Assembly: GCA_030835345.1 (NCBI GenBank) | Contig: JAURPH010000012.1 | Coordinates: 623-64,622, forward strand | DNA length: 64,000 nucleotides | DNA from: Thermodesulfobacteriota bacterium | GTDB taxonomy: Bacteria; Desulfobacterota_D; UBA1144 | Direction: 5' to 3' | In this document: in pieces, positions 1-9,176 of the stretch | How the letters are laid out: every line of letters starts with the position of its first letter | Position numbering within the stretch: the first letter of the stretch is position 1 | Notes under the pieces: model-generated | What the model saw: only the letters and a program-made list of their open reading frames with translations | Databases searched by the model: none | What the model was told of the DNA's origin: nothing | Translations under genes and position numbers: made by a program

Positions 1-1
1 T

Positions 2-733
2 TTTTTATATTGCTTTAGAGAAAGAGAAAAAATATTAGATTTTATGGAGTCACTAACCGGTACAAGGTTTCATACAAATATAAATCAAGTGGGTGGGATA
101 CGATATGATTTAAACGATTCAACCATTAAACAAGCTAATGATTTGATTCGTTATTTAAGACCAAAGTTAAATGAATATTTCGATGTTATATCTCAAGATG
201 AAATTTTTATTAAAAGAACAAGAAATATCGGTGTAATTTCCAAAAAATTAGCATCAGAATCTGGAGGCTCAGGTCCAGTAGCAAGAGGATCTGGTATTCA
301 TTTTGATTTAAGGAAGGATTCGCCCTATGAAAAATATTCAGAAATGGAATTTGTAACACCAGTTGGTGAGATTGGAGATGCATATGATAGAACTATGGTT
401 CGTATGAAAGAAACAATCCAATCACTTAATATATGCGAACAGGTTCTTGATAGACTTCCTGAAGGACCTATAAGCTCAAGAAAGCCAATTAAGAGTGCTA
501 AACTGTTAAAGCCACCTAAGGGTTCTCATTATAAAGCTATTGAGTCACCTCGAGGAGAACTTGGCTTTTTTATTGTTTCAGATGGAACATCCATTCCTTA
601 TAGAATGAAAATAAGAGCACCATCTTTTAGTAATCTGTCAATAGTTGAAAAATTATTGCCTAATACATATATTGCAGATGCTGTTGTAATTTTAGGTTCA
701 TTAGATCCAGTGTTTGGAGATGTTGATAGATAA
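2..733 (+). CDS. nuoD: NADH-quinone oxidoreductase subunit D, C-terminal part (5' end outside window)
   Basis: Frame is open from base 2 (FLYCFREREKILDF precedes the listed Met). The ending IRAPSFSNLS...ILGSLDPVFGDVDR is the canonical NuoD/Nqo4 C-terminus. Confidence 0.9.
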   Translation, partial: FLYCFREREKILDFMESLTGTRFHTNINQVGGIRYDLNDSTIKQANDLIRYLRPKLNEYFDVISQDEIFIKRTRNIGVISKKLASESGGSGPVARGSGIHFDLRKDSPYEKYSEMEFVTPVGEIGDAYDRTMVRMKETIQSLNICEQVLDRLPEGPISSRKPIKSAKLLKPPKGSHYKAIESPRGELGFFIVSDGTSIPYRMKIRAPSFSNLSIVEKLLPNTYIADAVVILGSLDPVFGDVDR

Positions 734-1707
734 TGGAACAGTTTATTTTATTTGCAACACCAATAGTTAAGACTATATCAATTTTAATACTTATTGTTGC
801 ATACCTTGTCTGGTTAGAGCGAAAAGTTGCTGCAAAAATGCAATCAAGAATCGGCCCGTATTTAGTGGGGAAGCCTCATGGTTGGCTTCAGCCATTAGCC
901 GATGCATTAAAATTAATGTTAAAGGATGATTCCAAACCTAAAAATTCTGATTCACTTTTATTTAATTTTGGCCCTATTTGGATTATGGTTGTAAGCTTAG
1001 CCTCATTTGCTCTCCTGCCATTTTATTTCAATAATCAAATGATCAACACAGATTTGAGCCTAATGTTATTTATAGCAATAAGTTCACTCGTGATTGTTGG
1101 TATTTTTGTAGCTGGCTGGTCATCCAATAATAAGTTTGCTTTAATATCTGTATTAAGAATGGTTGCACAAATAATATCATATGAAATACCTTTGGTTATT
1201 TCTTTGCTTGTTCCTTGTATCCTAATAGGAAGCTTAAATTTTCAAGAAATAATAAATTATCAAGATGGTTCATGGATAGTCTTTTATCCTATTATTGGTC
1301 AAATAAGCTTCATACTTTTTTTTATATCTGCTCTGGCTGAAGGGAATAGAGTTCCATTTGACTTATCAGAGGCTGAGTCTGAATTAGTATCAGGATACAC
1401 AACTGAATATTCTGGAATAAAATTTGCTCTTTTCTACCTAGCTGAATATGTTCACTTGTTTGGTATTTCTGTGCTCGCCTCTATTATCTTTTTTGGTGGA
1501 CCTAACGGTCCTATCTTTAATTCAAATATACTAATAGTAATAAAGTCATTAATATTTTTTACTATTATATTATTTGTTAGATGGAGTTTCTTTAGAATCA
1601 GAATTGATCAATTATTAAAGCTAAACTGGAATAAGCTAATACCTATATCCTTTCTAGTACTTTTAGCAACTTGTCTAATTAAATTTTATTTGGATGTGAA
1701 GTTATGA
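733..1707 (+). CDS. nuoH: NADH-quinone oxidoreductase subunit H
   Basis: Polytopic membrane protein with the RIGPYLVG..GWLQPLADALKLMLKDD motif typical of NuoH/ND1. Its start overlaps the nuoD stop (TAATG). Confidence 0.92.
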   Translation: MEQFILFATPIVKTISILILIVAYLVWLERKVAAKMQSRIGPYLVGKPHGWLQPLADALKLMLKDDSKPKNSDSLLFNFGPIWIMVVSLASFALLPFYFNNQMINTDLSLMLFIAISSLVIVGIFVAGWSSNNKFALISVLRMVAQIISYEIPLVISLLVPCILIGSLNFQEIINYQDGSWIVFYPIIGQISFILFFISALAEGNRVPFDLSEAESELVSGYTTEYSGIKFALFYLAEYVHLFGISVLASIIFFGGPNGPIFNSNILIVIKSLIFFTIILFVRWSFFRIRIDQLLKLNWNKLIPISFLVLLATCLIKFYLDVKL

Positions 1708-2207
1708 ATATTATTAAAGTAGTAAAAAACATCTTTAGAAATTTAAAATTCACTCTTGGCAATATTCCTAAGAAAGCAATTACAATTAGTTACCCTGAAG
1801 AAAGGAAAAATCTACCTGATAGACTAAGAATAGGTACATTTGGCTTAACAAGCAATAAAGAGACTGGTGAAGAAAACTGTATAGCATGTAAATTATGTGA
1901 AAGAATATGTCCTTCAAATATCATTGATATTGAAATTGAAAAACGTGATGGAAGAGGTTTCGCAAAGAAATTTTTTTTAGACTTGCAAAGTTGTATCCAA
2001 TGTGAACTATGTGTTCAAATATGTCCTGTTGATGCAATAATCATGATGAAAGTTCCGGCAAGCCCTGTAACTCTGAGATCAGATCTATACTTAACAAAAA
2101 CTAAAATGATGAATAATGCTAAGAAATATGAAGAGTCATGGGCAAAAGGAAGTATTTTACAAAAATCCTTTAAACCAGCACCTAAAGAGGTAAAAGAAAA
2201 TGCTTGA
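1704..2207 (+). CDS. nuoI: NADH-quinone oxidoreductase subunit I (2x[4Fe-4S])
   Basis: Two ferredoxin-type motifs, CIACKLCERICP and CIQCELCVQICP. Position between nuoH and nuoJ. Confidence 0.92.
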   Translation: MNIIKVVKNIFRNLKFTLGNIPKKAITISYPEERKNLPDRLRIGTFGLTSNKETGEENCIACKLCERICPSNIIDIEIEKRDGRGFAKKFFLDLQSCIQCELCVQICPVDAIIMMKVPASPVTLRSDLYLTKTKMMNNAKKYEESWAKGSILQKSFKPAPKEVKENA

Positions 2208-2709
2208 TTGGCTAATTATATTCTTCTGTTTTTTGGCAATATCATCTGCAGTTACTACTTCAATGAGCTCTAAGATTATCAGGTCAACCTTCTTTTTTGG
2301 TGTAACCCTCTTCGTCATTGCATTTGTTTTTATATCTATTGGTTCAACATTACTGGGAGTAGTCCAAATTCTTTTATACACTGGTGGGACTTTAGTCTTA
2401 TTTATTTTTGCAATAATACTTACTGCGAATTGGGATTATAAAAATTTAGGTGAAACATTTAACAAGCCTATCAGAGCAATAGTTATATCTTTTATATTTC
2501 TTGGAATTATGAGTTACATTGTTTCAACATCACCCCTTATGAAAGAGCTTGCAGAAAATTTTACAATTAATTACTCAAATACTTCAAAAGATATTAGTAA
2601 AACTTTATTTGAAGATTGGTTTGTGATACTTGAAGTCGCATCTTTCTTGTTATTAGGAACCATTGTTGGCTGCTTAACTTTACTTAAATATAGAAAGGAG
2701 ATTTCATAA
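2200..2709 (+). CDS. nuoJ: NADH-quinone oxidoreductase subunit J
   Basis: Hydrophobic 169 aa with a QILLYTGGTLVLFIFAI segment like NuoJ/ND6. Operon position. Confidence 0.85.
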   Translation: MLDWLIIFFCFLAISSAVTTSMSSKIIRSTFFFGVTLFVIAFVFISIGSTLLGVVQILLYTGGTLVLFIFAIILTANWDYKNLGETFNKPIRAIVISFIFLGIMSYIVSTSPLMKELAENFTINYSNTSKDISKTLFEDWFVILEVASFLLLGTIVGCLTLLKYRKEIS

Positions 2710-2710
2710 G

Positions 2711-3007
2711 TTGTTCTGGATTTTAATCTATACCTCATTAATTATTAGTACTCTTGGGATTTTTATGCTTTTAAGTAAAAGACATATTCTTTCAATACTT
2801 ATAGGTATTGAGCTGTTTCTAAATGGAATTAATTTAATGTTTATAACATTTGCTAAGTCTTACTCCTCTTATGTTGCAGACATATTAATACTTTTTATAT
2901 TGGTAATTACTGCATGTGAAGTAGCGATTGGTCTTGCAATATTTATTCTTAATCAAAGAATTAATAAAACTATTGATATAAGTAATCTGGAGTCATTAAA
3001 GGATTAA
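2711..3007 (+). CDS. nuoK: NADH-quinone oxidoreductase subunit K
   Basis: 98 aa, three TM helices, GIELFLNGINLMF motif (NuoK/ND4L). TTG start. Operon position. Confidence 0.85.
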   Translation: MFWILIYTSLIISTLGIFMLLSKRHILSILIGIELFLNGINLMFITFAKSYSSYVADILILFILVITACEVAIGLAIFILNQRINKTIDISNLESLKD

Positions 3008-3008
3008 A

Positions 3009-4814
3009 ATGGAAAATTTTATAATAAGCCTAGTGCTACTGGCACCTTTATCTATTTTAATATCTCACACAGTCATCTCAAAATTTGTGACTTTTTCAAA
3101 AAAAATTTATTTTATAATCCCTTTTTTTCTTTATCTGTTAGTTGGCATCTTAATAGTTTCTAAATTCCATTTTTTAGGAAATGTTTCATTTGAATATTTA
3201 CAGCTTTTTTCTTTTGATTTGTCTATAGAATTCATCTTTAATAGTAATAATTGTCTAATGTCATTATTAGTATTAATAATTTCATTATGTGTAATAGCTT
3301 ATTCTTTCAAATATGTAGACCATGAGTCTATAGACAGATATTTTAGATACATATTTTTCTTAAGTCTATTCATATCATCAATGATATTATTTTCATTATC
3401 AAATGATTTATTAAGTAGCTTTATTTTTTGGGAGCTCTTAGGGCTATGCTCTTTCTTTCTGATTGCTTTTTATAATATGGATGGCGAAGCTAATGATTCT
3501 TCTATAATCGCTTTCTGGATCACAAGGCTTGGGGACTTGTTCTTTCTTTTGGCTTTAGTTATTATTGGGTTTAAATATGGAACTCTTAATATTGACTTAA
3601 TCAATAATAGTTATTTTCAAAATTCGATTGCATCAAATTTTTCTAACACATTACCTATGTCCTTAATTTTTATAGGAGTTTTAACTAAATGTGCACAGTA
3701 TCCTTTTACAATTTGGCTCCCCAGAGCCATGAAGGGCCCTACTCCGATATCTGCACTAATTCATTCAGCAACAATGGTTGTGGCTGGTGTTTTTCTGTTA
3801 TTTAAATTTGAAGTAATTATTATAGAACTAAATAGTTTAAAAAAATTTATTATGTACTTTGGTGCTTTTACTGCATTATTAACCTCAATATATGCATTTT
3901 ACCAAGATGATCTTAAAAAAATCCTCGCGTATTCGACACTTTCGCATATAGGATTAATGTTAATTCCTTTTGGATTAAACTCTGGGACAATAAGCTACTT
4001 TCATCTTTATTCTCATAGCTTCTTCAAATCCATGCTTTTCTTATTAGCAGGATATATAATACTTATTAGTGGAAAATCTAAGCTTAGCGAGTTAAAAGGC
4101 TATGTAGCATTAAACAGACCTATTGGGATTATATTAATAATTGGCTGCCTTTCTTTAGTAGGTATTTATCCACTGACGGGATCTTTTTCAAAAGAATATA
4201 TATATTACTTAGCCTTCCAAGAATCTACAGAAATATTTATTATTTTAATTTTAAGCTTAATTTTTACTGTACTTTACTCCTCTCGACTACTCATTTCCCT
4301 TATTGATAAAAGAGGGTCGGATAGCATGAAAAGTAGTAAAGACTCTTATTACTATTTAATTCCTTTATTTTTCCTAGCTATACTTTCACTTTTAGGTCCT
4401 ATGACACAAGATTTGTTTTTTGATGTCCTAAATAAAGAAGGCTTAAATATTAGTAATATTTTCTTATTAACAATACAGTTTTCAATATTTCTGATCTTTA
4501 TTCTTTACTATATATATAAAGAAAAAATAAAAGTTTTAACAGATCCGCTTTTTGCATTCACTAAATCATTTATTGAAATAGAACATATTTTTAAAAACAC
4601 ATACAAATTCTTTTTTATTAGCTTAGGTAATTTTATTTCTTGGTTTGATCGAAATATAATTGATGGAATTATAAATATAATTCCTTTTTCTATTCTTAAA
4701 TTATCAAAAAGTCTTCAGAGTCTTCAAAATGGTTTAGCTCGAACTTATGCTTTTAGGATTATTTCATATCTAATTGTATCTTTAATTATTCTTGGGATGG
4801 TCTATGGGATTTAG
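3009..4814 (+). CDS. nuoL: NADH-quinone oxidoreductase subunit L
   Basis: WELLGLCSFFLIAF and KCAQYPFTIWLPRAMKGPTPISALIHSATMVVAGVFLL antiporter-like motifs. 601 aa. Confidence 0.92.
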   Translation: MENFIISLVLLAPLSILISHTVISKFVTFSKKIYFIIPFFLYLLVGILIVSKFHFLGNVSFEYLQLFSFDLSIEFIFNSNNCLMSLLVLIISLCVIAYSFKYVDHESIDRYFRYIFFLSLFISSMILFSLSNDLLSSFIFWELLGLCSFFLIAFYNMDGEANDSSIIAFWITRLGDLFFLLALVIIGFKYGTLNIDLINNSYFQNSIASNFSNTLPMSLIFIGVLTKCAQYPFTIWLPRAMKGPTPISALIHSATMVVAGVFLLFKFEVIIIELNSLKKFIMYFGAFTALLTSIYAFYQDDLKKILAYSTLSHIGLMLIPFGLNSGTISYFHLYSHSFFKSMLFLLAGYIILISGKSKLSELKGYVALNRPIGIILIIGCLSLVGIYPLTGSFSKEYIYYLAFQESTEIFIILILSLIFTVLYSSRLLISLIDKRGSDSMKSSKDSYYYLIPLFFLAILSLLGPMTQDLFFDVLNKEGLNISNIFLLTIQFSIFLIFILYYIYKEKIKVLTDPLFAFTKSFIEIEHIFKNTYKFFFISLGNFISWFDRNIIDGIINIIPFSILKLSKSLQSLQNGLARTYAFRIISYLIVSLIILGMVYGI

Positions 4815-4823
4815 GTTTAAATT

Positions 4824-6344
4824 ATGAATATACTTTTAATTTTATTATTACCAATAATTTCAATAATTAGTATTTCTTTACTTAGGAAAAATATATTTTT
4901 AGTTAAATATTTACCAATTTCAATCAATGTTTTTTCTTTATTGCTAGTGTTGGGATTTATAATGAATGAACAATTATTAATCAATAATTCATTTGACAGC
5001 CTAAACATTAATCTATACACACTAATTGAAGCATTCGATATTAATATGAGCTTTGAAATTACAAGGATGTCAATTTTGCTTTTAACTTTAGCACATTTAA
5101 CAATACTTACTGCCTTCTTTTCGACTATTAAAATATCCGAACGACTACTGGAGCTTAATATTTTAATTTCTTTAATATCAATTGGTATATATGGATTAAT
5201 TATCTCAAATAATTTATTTGTATTTTTCCTATTCTATGAAATTGCAGCAATCCCAATTTTCCTAATGATATCTAATTGGGGATATAATTTAAAAAGGGAA
5301 ATATCTGGCCCATTTAAAAAAATCTTAAATTCTTTGGAAGTTGGAAGTAAAAAATATGCATCATATAAAATTACAATATATTTATTCATTGCATCAATTT
5401 TAATTTTTTTTGGATTAGCAATGATTGCAGTAAATATTGGATCATTTGAGATTTCAACTATCTCAAAGAACTTGGATAATCCTATACTAATGTCACCAAT
5501 AGTTTTCTTAATGCTAATTATGGGCTTTGGGTGTCATTCAGCATTATGGCCTTTTCATACTTGGGCTCCAGATGGTCATGGTTCTGCCCCTACAGCCGGT
5601 TCTATAATATTTGCCGGAGTTTTAATGAAAATTGGTTTAATAGGATTTATAAAAATTATAATACCACTAATGCCTAATATGGTTGCAGAATATAGGGAAC
5701 TAATAATAATCTTAGCATCCATAAATGTGTTATATGGTGCTCTTACCGCCATGAGACAAGATGATTTAAAATATATGGCAGCTTATGCATCACTTTCACA
5801 TATAGGCTATATATTTATAGCACTTATGACATCAAATTCCACAGGTATAAATGGTGGATTAATTCAAATTGTTTCACATGGATTAATAATTTGCCTACTG
5901 TTCTTCTGTGTTGGGTCTATTCACAAACTTAAAGGAACAAGATCAATAAAAGAATTAAACTCAATGTTAGATAACTCACCCATCCTTAGTTATTTCTTTA
6001 TATTTACTGCATTTGCAAGTATAGGTTTCCCTCTAACTAGTGGATTTATAGCCGAATTTTTAATAATAAATGGTATTCATGAATTCTCTTATAACTCTGC
6101 ATATATGCTGTTACTACTTTTTGTTCCTATCACTGGGATTTTCTTTACTACGATATACATGTTTAGGGCAGTGAAAAATTGCTGCTTAAGATTCAATGAA
6201 AATGCAAAATCAACAACTGACTTTTCTAGACATGAAGTTGTGATTTGTTTAGTACTAGTAACAGTGATAGTAACAATTGGGATCTTCCCTAGTTTAATAC
6301 AAGATCTTTTAGGAAATTCATATGAGAGGTTGGTTTTAAGATAA
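4824..6344 (+). CDS. nuoM: NADH-quinone oxidoreductase subunit M
   Basis: HSALWPFHTWAPDGHGSAPTAGSIIFAGVLMKIG motif of NuoM/ND4. Operon position. Confidence 0.9.
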   Translation: MNILLILLLPIISIISISLLRKNIFLVKYLPISINVFSLLLVLGFIMNEQLLINNSFDSLNINLYTLIEAFDINMSFEITRMSILLLTLAHLTILTAFFSTIKISERLLELNILISLISIGIYGLIISNNLFVFFLFYEIAAIPIFLMISNWGYNLKREISGPFKKILNSLEVGSKKYASYKITIYLFIASILIFFGLAMIAVNIGSFEISTISKNLDNPILMSPIVFLMLIMGFGCHSALWPFHTWAPDGHGSAPTAGSIIFAGVLMKIGLIGFIKIIIPLMPNMVAEYRELIIILASINVLYGALTAMRQDDLKYMAAYASLSHIGYIFIALMTSNSTGINGGLIQIVSHGLIICLLFFCVGSIHKLKGTRSIKELNSMLDNSPILSYFFIFTAFASIGFPLTSGFIAEFLIINGIHEFSYNSAYMLLLLFVPITGIFFTTIYMFRAVKNCCLRFNENAKSTTDFSRHEVVICLVLVTVIVTIGIFPSLIQDLLGNSYERLVLR

Positions 6345-7744
6345 TGGAAAATATCATATCAAATCTTTTGCCCGAAATAGTAGTTCTACTAACTTCGGTT
6401 TCACTTCTAGTAAATTCCATAATAGATCAGAACGATAAAAGAATAACAAATAAAATCATTCTTACTTTAGGGCTTATAATTGCTGCATTTACCTGTTATC
6501 AACAATCATCATATGAACTTTTTCTAAGTGGTATTTTAGAAAACACGGAATTTACCAAATCAATAAAATTTATAATGATTTCAATATCGCTGTTCGCTTT
6601 GATTTTTGTATCAAATTCAAAATCTGAGGAATTAAAAAATTATTTTAATGAATATTGCTTCCTGCTTACTCTATCTTTAGTTGGCTCAATGCTTTTAATT
6701 TCTGCCAGAGAATTTTTCATGTTAATAATTGCATTTGAGACACTTAGCATACCAATCTATCTGATTACAGCCATGGGTCCAAACCCTAAATTGTCTGTAG
6801 AAGCCTCTACAAAATTATTCTTTTTTGGAACTTTTACAACGGTAATTTTAATTTTTTCAGCAGTATTATATTTTGCTTCAACTGGTTCAACATTCTTTTC
6901 TGTTGAATTTTGGCAAATTAAAGACTTAATACCTTTATTATCAATCTTCTTCATGTTGATAGCTGTTAGTTTTAAAGCAGGGCTCTTCCCTTTTCATTTT
7001 TGGATATCTGACACTTATCAAGCTGCTCCTCTGAATTTACTACCATACCTAAGTGTCATCCCAAAAATTAGCATTATTTCCTTCTTCATAATATTTATGC
7101 AAGATTATTCAAGTAGTGCTATAAATAAAGTAATTATAGATAATATTGTAATCACCTTCTCATGTATATCGATAATATTTGGATCGATATTAACTATGAA
7201 ACAAGAAAAATTACTTAGACTACTTGCATATTCAGGGATTCCTCACGCAGGCATGCTTTTGCTTTTCTCAGTTTTAAATTTTGGGATCGCAAAAGATTTT
7301 ATAATAATATACTTAACATTCTATTCAGTAGCTAACATATGTCTATATATATCATTAAATTCATTAAAAATATCATCTGAAGAAATAACACTAAACAGTT
7401 TAAAAGGAATCTTTAAAGATAATCCATTTGTCGCAATTTCTCTTGCTATCTCATTACTTTCATTAGCTGGTGCACCTTTAACTGCTGGCTTTTGGGGGAA
7501 ATTTAATGTAGTAATTTTAAGTTACTCATCTTACGGAATGTTAATACCAATAGTTATACTCCTTGGGGCTCTAATGTCCTTCTATTATTATATTAAAATT
7601 ATAAGAAATCTTTTTTCTTCCAAACAAATTAATACATTTCAAGGAATTGAAATATCAAATATAAACTATTTGATATTAACTATTTGCATCTTTATGACAA
7701 TACTTCTCGGAATTAACCCTGGATTAATAATAAAAATCCTATAA
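6344..7744 (+). CDS. nuoN: NADH-quinone oxidoreductase subunit N
   Basis: KAGLFPFHFWISDTYQAAPLNLLPYLSVIPKIS motif of NuoN/ND2. Last gene of the operon. Confidence 0.9.
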   Translation: MENIISNLLPEIVVLLTSVSLLVNSIIDQNDKRITNKIILTLGLIIAAFTCYQQSSYELFLSGILENTEFTKSIKFIMISISLFALIFVSNSKSEELKNYFNEYCFLLTLSLVGSMLLISAREFFMLIIAFETLSIPIYLITAMGPNPKLSVEASTKLFFFGTFTTVILIFSAVLYFASTGSTFFSVEFWQIKDLIPLLSIFFMLIAVSFKAGLFPFHFWISDTYQAAPLNLLPYLSVIPKISIISFFIIFMQDYSSSAINKVIIDNIVITFSCISIIFGSILTMKQEKLLRLLAYSGIPHAGMLLLFSVLNFGIAKDFIIIYLTFYSVANICLYISLNSLKISSEEITLNSLKGIFKDNPFVAISLAISLLSLAGAPLTAGFWGKFNVVILSYSSYGMLIPIVILLGALMSFYYYIKIIRNLFSSKQINTFQGIEISNINYLILTICIFMTILLGINPGLIIKIL

Positions 7745-7766
7745 GGAAGAATTCTTCCTTATAGGA
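7737..7766. terminator. Perfect 30-nt palindrome; candidate bidirectional terminator between convergent nuoN and gltA
   Basis: TCCTATAAGGAAGAATTCTTCCTTATAGGA is its own reverse complement. It overlaps the nuoN stop codon and is flanked by an A-run on the left (a T-run on the minus strand). Confidence 0.55.
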
Positions 7767-7795
7767 TTCTATAGTTTTATCTTGATATTAAAGTT

Positions 7796-9103
7796 TTATC
7801 TTGATTCTAAAGGCAAATAATCTCTGGAGTCATAACCAGTATAAACTTGTCTTGGTCTTGCAATTTTTTGATCTTTATCATTTAGGAATTCTTTCCACTG
7901 AGCTAACCATCCTGGAGTTCTACCTACAGCGAAAAGCACAGTAAACATAGGTGTTGGAATACCCATAGATTCATATATCAGGCCTGAATAGAAATCCACA
8001 TTCGGATATAAATTTCGAGCTTTAAAATAATCTTCACTTAATGCTATTGATTCAAGTTTTAAAGCAATATCTAGTAAAGGATTAGTACCTGTAATTTCAA
8101 AAACTTTATCAGCAGCAATTTTAAGATATTTAGCCCTAGGATCATATGACTTATAGACTCTATGACCGAATCCCATAAGCAATGCCTCTTTCTTCTGAAC
8201 ACTTTCTAGAAATGAGGGTATATTTTCAACAGTCTTAATCTCTTTTGATAGCATTTCCAAAACTGCTTCATTAGCCCCACCATGTAATGGTCCGTATAAT
8301 GCGGCGGCTGCTGCTGAAACTGATGAATATGGATCAGACTCCGAGCTTCCTGTACCTCTCATTACACTTGCACTACAATTTTGTTCATGATCCGCATGAA
8401 GTATCAATAATGTATCCATGGCATCAACAAGATCAGGATTTAATTTTTTATCATCGCCTTCAAATAGCATATTTAAAAAATTTTGCGAATAACTTAAAGA
8501 ATTATCTGGTTGAACAATTTCAAGCCCTTGTGAATGCCTATAAAAATAAGCAGCTAAAATAGGGACTTGAGCAATCAATCTACAAATGTTTTTATAATTT
8601 TCCTCTTCACTTTGAATATTTTTAGAATCTGGGTAGAAAGTTCCTAATGCAGCTATAGTGCTTACTAAAACACCCATAGGATGAGAATTTTTAGGAAAGG
8701 ATTTGATTATTGCTTCCATTCCACTAGGCAATTGATTAAATTCCTTCACATCGGATATAAATTTATCCAAATCATCTTTTTTAGGTAGCTCTCCATCAAT
8801 TAAGAGCTTTGAAACCTCTAATTGAGAACTATTCTCTGCAAGTTGCTCGATTGGATAGCCTCTATATCGTAGAATACCATTGTCACCATCAATATAAGTG
8901 ACACTACTCTTACATGAAGCAGTATTTTCGTATGATGGATCATAACTCATCATTCCAAACTCATCATCATTGACTTTGATTTGCCTTAGCTGTTTGGCTC
9001 TGATGTTACCACCATCAATATCTATCTCATAAGATTTACCTGTTCTATTATCGGTTATGCTTAAACTATCTTTTGACACTTTTTTTCCCCCTCTGGAAAA
9101 CAA
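7796..9103 (-). CDS. gltA: Citrate synthase
   Basis: GFGHRVYKSYDPRAKYL citrate-synthase signature and LHADHEQNCS. 435 aa. Confidence 0.95.
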   Translation of the reverse strand: MFSRGGKKVSKDSLSITDNRTGKSYEIDIDGGNIRAKQLRQIKVNDDEFGMMSYDPSYENTASCKSSVTYIDGDNGILRYRGYPIEQLAENSSQLEVSKLLIDGELPKKDDLDKFISDVKEFNQLPSGMEAIIKSFPKNSHPMGVLVSTIAALGTFYPDSKNIQSEEENYKNICRLIAQVPILAAYFYRHSQGLEIVQPDNSLSYSQNFLNMLFEGDDKKLNPDLVDAMDTLLILHADHEQNCSASVMRGTGSSESDPYSSVSAAAAALYGPLHGGANEAVLEMLSKEIKTVENIPSFLESVQKKEALLMGFGHRVYKSYDPRAKYLKIAADKVFEITGTNPLLDIALKLESIALSEDYFKARNLYPNVDFYSGLIYESMGIPTPMFTVLFAVGRTPGWLAQWKEFLNDKDQKIARPRQVYTGYDSRDYLPLESR

Positions 9104-9176
9104 AATATATTACATATTGAATTAAACCACTAACATTATAACAAAAAATAGGTTGAAAAAAAAGGCAATTGGATGT

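Noticed and set aside
2157-2381. Antisense or overlapping ORFs of 60-160 aa listed in the track inside well-supported genes. Examples: 2157-2381, 4817-5020, 6757-6954, 8287-8562, 23392-23616, 25487-25783, 27272-27751, 29513-29716, 30719-30958, 31985-32179, 34264-34536, 35775-36059, 38522-38749, 38803-39175, 43188-43388, 45939-46253, 46316-46555, 49112-49855, 50026-50292, 51708-52034, 53302-53548, 54090-54517, 55498-55740, 56713-56928, 59564-59764.
   Set aside because: Each lies opposite to, or out of frame within, a gene with strong family motifs. Their sequences are low-complexity, as expected for stop-poor frames, and they have no motifs or Shine-Dalgarno sites.
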